Part shown: positions 27,108 to 35,196 of the stretch, in pieces
Layout: the number at the start of each line of letters is the position of its first letter
How positions within the stretch are numbered: the first letter of the stretch is position 1
Source of the DNA: Chloroflexota bacterium
GTDB lineage: Bacteria > Chloroflexota > Limnocylindria > Limnocylindrales > CSP1-4
Reading direction: 5' to 3'
Length of the DNA stretch: 38,729 nucleotides
Assembly: GCA_017881985.1 (NCBI GenBank)
Contig: JADGQH010000002.1
Location: forward strand, 1-38,729
Made by a program: the position numbers and the translations under genes
The notes under the pieces: model-generated
What the model was told of the DNA's origin: nothing
Seen by the model: the letters and a program-made list of their open reading frames with translations, nothing else
Databases searched by the model: none

Positions 27108-27638
27108 CTACGCGTGTCGGGCAGCCGAAAGCGCGCCGACGAGCTCCCGACAGAACGCCGGAATGTCGTCGACGACGCGGCCCCAGACGAGGGTCCCGTC
27201 CCGGAACGCGGCTTCGTCCACCCACGTCGCCCCCGCGTTCACGAGGTCGTCGCGGATCCCGAGCGAGCCCGTCGCGCGTCCACCGGCCACGATGCCGGCC
27301 GAGATCGCGATGAGGCCGCCGTGGCAGATGATCCCGATCGGGCGCCCCGCCGCGTGGACGGTCCGGACCAGGTCCAGGATCGCCGGGTAGCGCCGCAGCT
27401 TGTCGGGCATCCAGCCGCCGGGCAGGACGAGCCCGTCGAGGCTCCCGGCGTCGACGTCGCCGACCGACGCATCGACGCTGACGGCCAGGCCGTTCTTCCC
27501 GTGCACGGTCCCGGGAGCGAGGCCGATGCTGGTCACGCGTGCGCCCTCCTCGCGGAGCCGCATGACCGTGACCCAGAACTCGAGATCCTCGACGCCCTCT
27601 CCGGCAAGAACCCCGACGTGCATCCCGTCGAGCCGCAT
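27108..27638 (-). CDS. DJ-1/PfpI-family protein (class I glutamine amidotransferase-like)
   Basis: This is the C-terminal 176 aa of track ORF 27108..28415. ATG 27638 is preceded by AGGAGG 7 nt upstream. It has the nucleophile-elbow motif IGIICHGG and LVLPGGW. Confidence 0.88.
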   Translation of the reverse strand: MRLDGMHVGVLAGEGVEDLEFWVTVMRLREEGARVTSIGLAPGTVHGKNGLAVSVDASVGDVDAGSLDGLVLPGGWMPDKLRRYPAILDLVRTVHAAGRPIGIICHGGLIAISAGIVAGGRATGSLGIRDDLVNAGATWVDEAAFRDGTLVWGRVVDDIPAFCRELVGALSAARHA

Positions 27639-27706
27639 GGTGTACCTCCTGCGACGAGGATACGCTGGCGGCGAGGCCGGCCGCGTCGCGTCCGGCGCGG
27701 CTCGCG

Positions 27707-27712
27707 TACCAT
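27707..27712 (+). promoter_or_regulatory. Candidate -10 box TACCAT, 7 nt upstream of the PPOX-class gene ATG (leaderless-type)
   Basis: The sequence reads gcgTACCATccgtggcATG with no SD. Confidence 0.3.
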
Positions 27713-27719
27713 CCGTGGC

Positions 27720-28157
27720 ATGCCCGAGGTGCCGGCACTCCCCGATCGCGTTCGTGCGTTCATCACGGCGCCCGGGCGCTTCGCGACGCTCGCGACGCTC
27801 GACCCCGGCGGCGCGCCCCGGCAGGCGATCGTCTGGTATCGCGTCGACCCGGACGGGCTGCTCATGATCAACAGCGCCGACGGGCGACGCTGGCCGGCGA
27901 ACATGCGTCGCGACCCGCGGGTCGCGCTCGCGATCGCCACGGCAGGAGACGGCTACCGCTGGGTGGGGCTCGACGCCGAGGTCGCGGAGATCGTCGACGA
28001 CCAGGCGATCGCCCAGGCCGACATCGCCGATCTTGCCCGGCGATACTACGCGGACGATCCGGCCGAGGTCGACGCCAGCCTTGCCGGCTTCCAGGCCCAG
28101 CGGCGCGTGACGTTCCGGCTCCGGATCACCTCGCTCCACGACCACCTCGACGGGTGA
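27720..28157 (+). CDS. Pyridoxamine 5'-phosphate oxidase-family protein (PPOX class, probable F420-dependent enzyme)
   Basis: This is the C-terminal 145 aa of track ORF 27036..28157. It reads FATLATLDPGGAPRQAIVWYRVDPDGLLMINSADGRRWPANMRRDPRVALAI. Confidence 0.8.
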   Translation: MPEVPALPDRVRAFITAPGRFATLATLDPGGAPRQAIVWYRVDPDGLLMINSADGRRWPANMRRDPRVALAIATAGDGYRWVGLDAEVAEIVDDQAIAQADIADLARRYYADDPAEVDASLAGFQAQRRVTFRLRITSLHDHLDG

Positions 28158-29104
28158 CCCCGATCCGCTTCGGCGCCCAGCTCTGGAGCCAGGCGTCGGA
28201 CTGGCCCGGCTTCCTCGATGCCGCGCTGGCGGCCGAGGCGGCCGGCTGGGACTCGGTCTGGACGTGGGACCACCTGCAGGCGATCTTCGGCCCGTGGGAG
28301 CAGCCGATCCTCGAGGGACCCATGGCGCTCGCCGCGGTCGCGGCCCGGACGTCGCGCGTCCGCCTGGGCCTGATGGTCGGCGCCAACACGTTCCGCAACC
28401 CGGGACACACGGCAAAAATCGCCATCACCCTCGACCACGTCTCCGAAGGCCGGGCGGTGCTCGGGATCGGCGGCGCGTGGTTCGCCCGGGAGCACGAGGC
28501 GTTCGGGCTCGACTTCGGAAGCGGCGTGGGCGACCGGCTCGACCGGCTCGACGAGGCCGTCGGGCTCATGCGACGCCTCCTCGACGGCGAGCGATTCAGC
28601 CATGCGGGGCGCTTCTACACCTTCACGGATGCGCTCGCGGCGCCGCGGCCGGTGCAGGCGCACCTCCCGATCCTGGTAGGTGGATCCGGGCCGAAGAAGA
28701 CGCTGCGCACGGTGGCCCGACACGCCGACGCCTGGAACACGGCCGGCACGCTGGCCGAGGTCGCCGCCCGCGACACGATCCTCCGGGCGCACTGCGCGGA
28801 CGTCGGGCGCGATCCTGCGACGATCGAGCGGACCGTCTCCTTCCCGATCGTCCTGCGCGATGATCCGGCTGACGCCGCGCGCGCGTTCGCCGCCGCCTGT
28901 GCGCACAACGGGACGCCCGATGCGGGGGCGGTCCCGACCCTGCTCGGGCCGCCGCGCGAGGTGGCCGCGGCGATCCGTCCCTACGTGAACCTGGGGTTCA
29001 CCACCATCATCGTGCGGCTGCCGGCCCCATACGACCCGGAGACGCTCGCCCGCATCGGCGAGGTCCGCACCGCGCTGGCGGTCGCCTCCGCTCCGGCGGC
29101 CTGA
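28154..29104 (+). CDS. LLM-class F420-dependent oxidoreductase
   Basis: Track ORF of 316 aa. The GTG start overlaps the upstream stop (GTGA). It reads RFGAQLW...AGWDSVWTWDHL...LGIGGAWFAREHEAFG. Confidence 0.85.
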   Translation: MTPIRFGAQLWSQASDWPGFLDAALAAEAAGWDSVWTWDHLQAIFGPWEQPILEGPMALAAVAARTSRVRLGLMVGANTFRNPGHTAKIAITLDHVSEGRAVLGIGGAWFAREHEAFGLDFGSGVGDRLDRLDEAVGLMRRLLDGERFSHAGRFYTFTDALAAPRPVQAHLPILVGGSGPKKTLRTVARHADAWNTAGTLAEVAARDTILRAHCADVGRDPATIERTVSFPIVLRDDPADAARAFAAACAHNGTPDAGAVPTLLGPPREVAAAIRPYVNLGFTTIIVRLPAPYDPETLARIGEVRTALAVASAPAA

Positions 29105-29117
29105 GCGAGCTGCCAGG

Positions 29118-30059
29118 ATGCCACGCGTCGTCGCGCTCGCCGGGGGCGTCGGGGGGGCGAAGCTGGCCCTCGGGCTCCAGCTCGTCGTCGCGCCCGGAGA
29201 CCTGTCCGTCGTCGTCAACACCGGTGACGACCAGGAGTTCCACGGCCTCCTCGTCTGCCCCGACCTCGACACGGTCCTCTACACCCTTGCCGGCCTGGCC
29301 GACCGCGAGCGCGGCTGGGGCCTGGCCGGCGAGACGTGGGCGGCCGCGGCCCAGTTCGCGCGGCTCGGGGAGCCGACCTGGTTCCAGCTCGGCGACCGTG
29401 ACCTCGCGCTCCACGTGCACCGCTCGCGGCGGGTTCGCGCGGGCGAGCGCCTCACCACCGTCGCGCTCGACGTGGCGGCGCGCCTTGGCGTCGCCAGCCG
29501 GATCCTGCCGATGGCCGACGAGCCGGTCCGGACGCGCGTCCGGACTCCCGATGGGTGGCTCAACTTCCAGGACTGGTTCGTGCGCCTGCGCCACGAGCCC
29601 GCCGTCCTGGAGGTCGCCCTCGACGGCGCCGAGGAGGCCCGGTTGACGACGGAGATCGAAGGTGCCGTCGTGGACGCGGACGCGATCGTGATCTGCCCGT
29701 CGAACCCGCTCGTGTCGATCGGGCCGATCCTCGCGGTCCCCGGGATTCGCGGCGCGATCGGTGAGTCGCGTCGCGGCGGGACGCGCGTGGCGGCCGTCTC
29801 CCCGATCGTGGGAGGACGTGCGCTGCGCGGTCCGGCCGACCGGATGCTTGCCTCGCTCGGGGAAGAGGTGAGCGCGCTGGGGGTCGCCCGCCGGTACGTC
29901 GGGCTCGTGGATGTGTTCGTCATGGACCAGGCGGATGCGGCGCTCGCCCCGGACGTCGAACGGCTTGGGATGCGGGCGATCGTCACCCGGTCCGTGATGA
30001 CCGACGATGCCTCGCGGGCGGCCCTCGCGCGGGTCGTGCTCGACGCCTGCCTCTCCTGA
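29118..30059 (+). CDS. cofD: 2-phospho-L-lactate (or EPPG) transferase
   Basis: Track ORF of 313 aa. It reads VVALAGGVGGAKLALGL, VVVNTGDD, HGLLVCPDLDTVLYTLAG, WFQLGDRDLALH and ICPSNPLVSIGPIL. Confidence 0.9.
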   Translation: MPRVVALAGGVGGAKLALGLQLVVAPGDLSVVVNTGDDQEFHGLLVCPDLDTVLYTLAGLADRERGWGLAGETWAAAAQFARLGEPTWFQLGDRDLALHVHRSRRVRAGERLTTVALDVAARLGVASRILPMADEPVRTRVRTPDGWLNFQDWFVRLRHEPAVLEVALDGAEEARLTTEIEGAVVDADAIVICPSNPLVSIGPILAVPGIRGAIGESRRGGTRVAAVSPIVGGRALRGPADRMLASLGEEVSALGVARRYVGLVDVFVMDQADAALAPDVERLGMRAIVTRSVMTDDASRAALARVVLDACLS

Positions 30060-30126
30060 CGCTCCATCTGACGCGGGCAGAATTTAGGGACGGGCGGGGC
30101 CGGCCCACCGGGCATGCCCGCCCCGC

Positions 30127-30132
30127 TACGAT
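30127..30132 (+). promoter_or_regulatory. Candidate -10 box TACGAT, 6 nt upstream of the cofC ATG (leaderless-type)
   Basis: The sequence reads ccgcTACGATcagcgcATG with no SD. A GC hairpin (gggcggg...cccgccc) lies just upstream. Confidence 0.3.
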
Positions 30133-30138
30133 CAGCGC

Positions 30139-30837
30139 ATGCACGATCTCCAACCCTCGGGGGCGCCCGCGGCGGCCGACCTCGGGAACCTCGTCGCGGT
30201 CGTTCCCGTGCGCGGGTTGGAGCGCGCCAAGACCCGCCTCGGCGAGGCGCTCGACCCGGAGGAGCGGCGCTCGCTCGTGGAGGGCCTTCTCCGCCGGACG
30301 ATCCGGGCCGCGATCATGACGCCGGGCATCCGCGCGGTCGCGGTGGTGAGCCCGGACCCGGAGGCGCTCGCGGTCGCCGCTGATTCCGGTGCTATCACCA
30401 TTCCCCAGGGCGGCGGCGGCCTCAACGAGGGCCTCGCGGACGGGCGCGCATGGGCACGCGAGATGAGCGCCACGGCGCTCGTCGTCGTCCCGGCCGACCT
30501 GCCCGCGATCGGGCCCGCCGAGCTCGAGCGCGTGCTCGGCGCGGTCCGTGACCGGCTGGCGGCAAGCTGGTCGAGCGGCAGCCCGGCGGCCGCGCTGGTG
30601 GCGCTCGTCCCGGACCGGGCCGGCGAAGGGACGAACCTGCTCCTCCTCTCCCCGCCCGGGGCGATCCCATTCCTTTTCGGGCCGGGCAGCCGCGCGGCGC
30701 ACGCCGGTGCCGCCGCATCGCTCGGTGCCACATACCTCGAGGTTCGCGGGCCGCTGGGCCTCGACCTCGACACGCCGGACGATCTGCTCGACGCCGAGAC
30801 CGCGGGACTGGGCGGCGCCGCGCTCGACGCTCCATGA
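30139..30837 (+). CDS. cofC: 2-phospho-L-lactate / phosphoenolpyruvate guanylyltransferase
   Basis: Track ORF of 232 aa. It reads VAVVPVRGLERAKTRLGEAL and VVPADLPA. It sits between cofD and cofE. Confidence 0.85.
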   Translation: MHDLQPSGAPAAADLGNLVAVVPVRGLERAKTRLGEALDPEERRSLVEGLLRRTIRAAIMTPGIRAVAVVSPDPEALAVAADSGAITIPQGGGGLNEGLADGRAWAREMSATALVVVPADLPAIGPAELERVLGAVRDRLAASWSSGSPAAALVALVPDRAGEGTNLLLLSPPGAIPFLFGPGSRAAHAGAAASLGATYLEVRGPLGLDLDTPDDLLDAETAGLGGAALDAP

Positions 30838-31622
30838 GCGGTCCCGGCCCGGGACCTGTCCGCCTCGAGGTCATCGCGCTCGACGGCATCCCCGAAGTTC
30901 ATCCGGGAGACGACCTCGCGAGCCTCGTCGGCGACGCGCTGGAGCGCACGGCCGGGGCGCTGCCCCTGCGCCCCGACGACGTCATCGTCGTGACCCAGAA
31001 GGTCGTGTCGAAGGCGGAGGGCGCGTTCGTCGACCTGGCCACGATCGAGCCGCGACCGGAGGCCGTCGCATATGCCGCGCGATGGGACCGCGATGCCCGG
31101 CAGGTGGAGGTGGTCCTTCGCCAGGCGGTCCGGGTCGTGCGCATGGATCACGGCGTCGTCATCGTCGAGACGCGACACGGCTTCATCCTCGCGAACGGCG
31201 GCGTCGATGCGTCGAACGTCGGCTCGGCGTCCGGCGGCGTGGTCCTCCTGCTCCCGGACGACCCGGACGCCTCCGCGCGCGCGATCCGTGACGCGGTCGG
31301 GCGACGCTTCGGGTCCGTCCCGGGTGTGGTCGTGAGCGACAGCCTCGGCCGGCCGTGGCGGTTCGGGATCATGGACCTCGCCATCGGCGTCGCCGGATTC
31401 CGCCCGCTCGAGGACCTGCGCGGCACGGTCGATGCCGATGGGCGCTCCATGAGCGCGACGATCCGGGCGGTGGCGGACGAGATCGCCTCGGCCGCGGAGC
31501 TGGTGCTGGGCAAGACGGCGCGCCGGCCCGTCGCGCTCGTCCGCGGTGCGTCCCCGCCGGCCGGCGTCGGCAGCGGGATCTCGGACGTCCTCATGCCACC
31601 GGAGCTCGACCTCTTCCGCTAG
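30834..31622 (+). CDS. cofE: Coenzyme F420-0:L-glutamate ligase, stand-alone (no FbiB C-terminal nitroreductase-like domain)
   Basis: Track ORF of 262 aa with an ATGA overlap on cofC. It reads HPGDDLASLV, VVTQKVVSKAEG, ETRHGFILANGGVDASN and VSDSLGRPWRFG. Confidence 0.88.
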   Translation: MSGPGPGPVRLEVIALDGIPEVHPGDDLASLVGDALERTAGALPLRPDDVIVVTQKVVSKAEGAFVDLATIEPRPEAVAYAARWDRDARQVEVVLRQAVRVVRMDHGVVIVETRHGFILANGGVDASNVGSASGGVVLLLPDDPDASARAIRDAVGRRFGSVPGVVVSDSLGRPWRFGIMDLAIGVAGFRPLEDLRGTVDADGRSMSATIRAVADEIASAAELVLGKTARRPVALVRGASPPAGVGSGISDVLMPPELDLFR

Positions 31623-31651
31623 CTGGTTCGCACCGCGTGGCTCGAACCAGC
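31622..31651 (+). terminator. Hairpin immediately after the cofE stop
   Basis: A 9-bp perfect stem, gctggttcg (31622-31630) paired with cgaaccagc (31643-31651), with a 12-nt loop and no U-tract. Confidence 0.4.
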
Positions 31652-31727
31652 CCGGTCGGGGTGGTATCCAGCGACGTCCCCGGAGTGCGCTGGCATCCAA
31701 TCGAGCCCGACCTGCGAAACTGATGGC

Positions 31728-32630
31728 ATGAAGATCGGCCTCCAGATCAACCGTTTCAACTGGCCGGGTGGCACTCCGGCCATCGGACCGACGCTCGCCC
31801 GGATCGTCCGCAGCGCCGACGACGCGGGGTTCGACTCCCTCTGGGTGATGGACCACTTCTTCCAGATCCGCGGGATCGGACCTGCCGAGGACCCGATGCT
31901 GGAGGGCTGGACGACGCTCGGGTTCATGGCGGCGAACACGAGCCATGCGCGACTGGGGCTCATGGTGGGCGGCATCCACTACCGGCTCCCTGGCCTCTGG
32001 GTGAAGGCCGCCACGACCCTCGACGTCCTCTCGGGTGGGCGGGCCTGGCTCGGGATCGGGGCGGCCTGGAACCAGGAGGAGAGCGATGCGCTCGGGTTCC
32101 CGATGCCGCCGCTCGGCACGCGCTTCGAGATGCTCGAGGAGACGCTCCGGATCGCCCACGGGATGTGGAGCGGCGATCGCGGGACGCAGGAATCCTTCTC
32201 CGGGAGCCAGTTCACGGCGGGCAGGCTGCTGAACTCGCCGCAGTCGATCTCGCGCCCGCGGCCGCCCATCATGATCGGAGGCGGTGGCGAGAAGAAGACG
32301 CTCCGCCTCGTCGCCCAGTACGCGGACGCGACGAACGTGTTCGGCGCCCCGGAGATGATCGCCCGCAAATACGCGATCCTGCGTGAGCACTGCGAGGCGG
32401 TCGGTCGGCCCTACGCGGAGATCGAGCGGTCGACGCTCCAGAACACGCGGCTCTCCGCGTCCGGCGGCGACGGCATGGAGACGCCCGACGCCGCCGCGGC
32501 ACGTTTCGCGCCGCTCGCGGATGCCGGGGCGCAGCACGTGATCGTGGGGATCCAGAACATCGAGACGCCCGGCGTGGACGTCCTCGCCGCCCGCCTCGCC
32601 GAGCTGGTCCACGCCATCCCGACCTCGTAG
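31728..32630 (+). CDS. LLM-class F420-dependent oxidoreductase (Rv1855c-like group)
   Basis: Track ORF of 300 aa. It reads MKIGLQINRFNWPGG, GFDSLWVMDHFFQI, LGIGAAWNQEES and PPIMIGGGGEKKTLRLVAQYAD. Confidence 0.88.
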   Translation: MKIGLQINRFNWPGGTPAIGPTLARIVRSADDAGFDSLWVMDHFFQIRGIGPAEDPMLEGWTTLGFMAANTSHARLGLMVGGIHYRLPGLWVKAATTLDVLSGGRAWLGIGAAWNQEESDALGFPMPPLGTRFEMLEETLRIAHGMWSGDRGTQESFSGSQFTAGRLLNSPQSISRPRPPIMIGGGGEKKTLRLVAQYADATNVFGAPEMIARKYAILREHCEAVGRPYAEIERSTLQNTRLSASGGDGMETPDAAAARFAPLADAGAQHVIVGIQNIETPGVDVLAARLAELVHAIPTS

Positions 32631-32638
32631 CCGGGAGA

Positions 32639-32685
32639 GCCGGCGAGCGACGCGGGGGCCTCGCGGGGCCGGGCAGCTCGCCGGC
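32639..32685 (+). terminator. Long compound GC hairpin after the LLM gene
   Basis: A perfect 10-bp outer stem, gccggcgagc (32639-32648) paired with gctcgccggc (32676-32685), with a 27-nt structured interior. It starts 9 nt after the stop and has no U-tract. Confidence 0.5.
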
Positions 32686-32772
32686 ACCCGATACCCCCGG
32701 GGAGTATGCAGCTCGTGCTAGGATTGGCCGACCGCCGCCTCCATCGCAGCAGGACGAGGACACGACTTCCCG

Positions 32773-33834
32773 ATGACCGACACGAATTCGAACCCCTTCG
32801 GCGGCTTCGCCATCGACTTCGGCGCCGCGGGCGCGGCGGTTGCCGACGAGGCGACCGCCGTGCCGCTCGCCGATGACGCGGCACCCCACGCATCGCAGGT
32901 CCTGGTCCTCGGGTCCGGGCCGGCCGGCCTGACCGCGGCGATCTATGCCGCACGTGCCAACCTTGCCCCGATCGTGCTCGGCGGCCACCAGCCGGGCGGC
33001 CAGCTGACCATCACGTCCGAGGTCGAGAACTACCCCGGCTTTCCCGACGGGATCGAGGGCCCCGACCTGATGGCGCGCTTCCGTGCACAGGCCGAGCGCT
33101 TCGGCGCCGCGGTCATCGACGTGGAGGTCGACCGCGTCGACTTCTCCAGCCGCCCGTTCCGCGCCTGGGCCGCCGGCGTCGAGTACCGCGGTGACGCGGT
33201 GATCGTGGCAACCGGCGCGTCGGCGCTCTGGTTGGGCCTCGAATCGGAGGAGCGGCTCCGGGGGCACGGCGTCTCGGCCTGCGCGACGTGCGATGGCTTC
33301 TTCTTCCGGGGCAAGGAGATCGCCGTCGTCGGCGGCGGCGACACGGCGATGGAAGAGGCGCTCTACCTGACTCGCTTCGCCACGAAGGTCCACCTGCTCC
33401 ACCGACGCGCCGAGTTCCGGGCCAGCCGGATCATGGAGGCGCGCGCGGAGCGCCATCCGCAGATCGAGATCCACCGGAACGTCGCGATCGAGGAGGTCCT
33501 CGGCGACCCGTCGATCACGGGCCTGCGGCTGCGCGATACGCAGACCGACGCACGGTCGCAGCTCGCGGTCGAGGGTCTCTTCGTCGCGATCGGCTACCGG
33601 CCGAACACGGGACCGTTCGAGGGCTGGCTCGAGAAGGACGAGGCCGGCTACCTGGCGGTCCATTCCGAGACGCACTCGCGGATCGAGGGGGTCTTCGTCG
33701 CCGGCGACGTCCACGACCATCGCTACCGCCAGGCGGTGACCGCGGCCGGCGACGGCTGTCGAGCGGCCATCGACGCGGAGCGCTGGCTCCAGGAGCACGC
33801 GCCCGCGGAAGCCGTGGCGGCGACCACCGGCTGA
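32773..33834 (+). CDS. trxB: Thioredoxin-disulfide reductase
   Basis: Track ORF of 353 aa. It has FAD motif LVLGSGPAGLTAAIYAAR, redox-active CATC within SACATCDGFFF, and NADPH motif VVGGGDTAMEEA. An alternative start at GTG 32860 (GAGG 8 nt upstream) would remove an about 29-aa N-terminal extension. Confidence 0.92.
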   Translation: MTDTNSNPFGGFAIDFGAAGAAVADEATAVPLADDAAPHASQVLVLGSGPAGLTAAIYAARANLAPIVLGGHQPGGQLTITSEVENYPGFPDGIEGPDLMARFRAQAERFGAAVIDVEVDRVDFSSRPFRAWAAGVEYRGDAVIVATGASALWLGLESEERLRGHGVSACATCDGFFFRGKEIAVVGGGDTAMEEALYLTRFATKVHLLHRRAEFRASRIMEARAERHPQIEIHRNVAIEEVLGDPSITGLRLRDTQTDARSQLAVEGLFVAIGYRPNTGPFEGWLEKDEAGYLAVHSETHSRIEGVFVAGDVHDHRYRQAVTAAGDGCRAAIDAERWLQEHAPAEAVAATTG

Positions 33835-33856
33835 GACACGCGGGCCGGGTCGCCGG

Positions 33857-33874
33857 CGCCGGATTATGCCGGCG
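33857..33874 (+). terminator. Short hairpin after trxB (cgccgg / attatg / ccggcg)
   Basis: A 6-bp stem with a 6-nt loop, 22 nt after the stop. Confidence 0.3.
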
Positions 33875-33928
33875 TGCGAACTGGATGAAGGTTCGGCTAC
33901 GAACTCCCCGCACAGCCTCCCGGGCGGG

Positions 33929-33934
33929 TAGGTT
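33929..33934 (+). promoter_or_regulatory. Candidate -10 box TAGGTT, 7 nt upstream of the lipoprotein ATG (leaderless-type)
   Basis: The sequence reads cgggTAGGTTgcgcgacATG with no SD. Confidence 0.3.
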
Positions 33935-33941
33935 GCGCGAC

Positions 33942-35090
33942 ATGCACGAACCCGGTCGCCCGTCCAGCCGTCCGAACCCAACGCGCTTGATGGCGCTCGG
34001 CGGAATCCTCCTCGTCGTCGCAGCCTGTGGCCAATCCGTCGTTGCCACGTCGACGGCAGCCCCGGCCTCGGCAGCTGCCCAGGCGGCTGCGACGCTTCCC
34101 CTTCCCGCCGACGGCACACCCCAGCCTCCGGGCGTCACGTCGGCCGTTGGCCTGCCGCCGGCCTCGATCCCCGCTCCCCCCGCCGCTGGGGCCTTCCCGG
34201 GTGGCTTCCTCATCGCAGACCGGGGCAACGGTCGCCTGCTGGCGGTCGACCGGACCGGAAAGGTCTGGTGGCGGTTTCCGACCTCCGTTGCCGGCTCGCT
34301 GCCCGTCGGCCAGTCGTTCGCGGCCGACGATGCGTTCCTCGCCCCTGACGGCCTCACGATCGTGGCGAACGACGAGTCCCACCAGGTGATCGACCGGATC
34401 GACATCGCCACCGGGAAGATCGTGTGGCAGTACGGCCACTACGACCGTGCCGGGTCCGGCGCGGGCTTCCTGCACACGCCGGATGACGCCTATCCGCTCG
34501 CCAACGGGGACATCGTGGTCGCCGACATCGAGAACTGCCGGGTGATGGAGATCAGCCCGGGGAAGCAGGTCGTCCAGCAGTGGGGCAGGACCCGGGCCTG
34601 CGCGGTCGGGGCGCCCGCCACCTATGGTCGCCCGAACGGTGACACGCCGCTCCCCGATGGAGGGATCCTCATCACCGAGATCACCGGCTCGCGGGTGGTG
34701 CGGCTGGCGGCCGACGGGCACGTGGTCTTCGACATCCACGTCCCGGTCCGATATCCCTCCGACGCCCAGCTCGACAGCGCCGGCAACGTCATCGTCGCGG
34801 ACTACGCGAGCCCGGGCGCCGTCGTTCGCGTCAGCCCCACCGGCACCCTGCTCTGGCGGTATGGGCCGAGCAGCGGGCCCGGCCGGCTCGACCATCCCAG
34901 CCTGGCGACCCCGCTGCCCGACGGCACGATCTCGATCAACGACGACTTCCGCCACCGGCTCGTCATCGTGGACCCGGCGACCAACACGATCGTCTGGCAA
35001 TACGGGACGACCGACCAGCCCGGGCGAACGGCCAACCACCTCCAGGTCCCCGACGGGCACGAGCCATTGCCGCCAGGCCTCTCGTTCTGA
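33942..35090 (+). CDS. Secreted lipoprotein with about six beta-propeller-like repeats (PQQ/BamB-like blades)
   Basis: This is the C-terminal 382 aa of track ORF 33288..35090. It has a lipobox LVVAAC and an Ala/Pro-rich linker. Repeated blade-like units follow: GRLLAVDRTGKVWWRF, QVIDRIDIATGKIVWQYG, CRVMEISPGKQVVQQWG, SRVVRLAADGHVVFD, GAVVRVSPTGTLLWRYG and HRLVIVDPATNTIVWQYG. Confidence 0.7.
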   Translation: MHEPGRPSSRPNPTRLMALGGILLVVAACGQSVVATSTAAPASAAAQAAATLPLPADGTPQPPGVTSAVGLPPASIPAPPAAGAFPGGFLIADRGNGRLLAVDRTGKVWWRFPTSVAGSLPVGQSFAADDAFLAPDGLTIVANDESHQVIDRIDIATGKIVWQYGHYDRAGSGAGFLHTPDDAYPLANGDIVVADIENCRVMEISPGKQVVQQWGRTRACAVGAPATYGRPNGDTPLPDGGILITEITGSRVVRLAADGHVVFDIHVPVRYPSDAQLDSAGNVIVADYASPGAVVRVSPTGTLLWRYGPSSGPGRLDHPSLATPLPDGTISINDDFRHRLVIVDPATNTIVWQYGTTDQPGRTANHLQVPDGHEPLPPGLSF

Positions 35091-35161
35091 GCATTCGCGA
35101 CTGATCGTCGGGGGGACGGCCTTTCGACCCTGGCGGGCGCGGGGCGCCCCGGCACGCCCGG

Positions 35162-35170
35162 TGGTAGCCT
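35162..35170 (+). promoter_or_regulatory. Candidate extended -10 (TGgTAGCCT) for the ABC exporter gene
   Basis: The sequence reads cccggTGgTAGCCTcgg, 27 nt upstream of ATG 35197, which itself follows GGAGGG. Confidence 0.3.
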
Positions 35171-35196
35171 CGGGTCGTGGGACGGAGGGTGTCGCG

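Noticed and set aside
31623-31727. Two hairpins (31622-31651 and ccagcg...cgctgg 31668-31693) in the cofE-LLM spacer; considered a riboswitch or tRNA-like element because of ggttcg/cgaacc
   Set aside because: I recognise no match to any riboswitch class. There are no acceptor or anticodon arms for a tRNA. The first hairpin is adequately explained as a terminator or attenuator.
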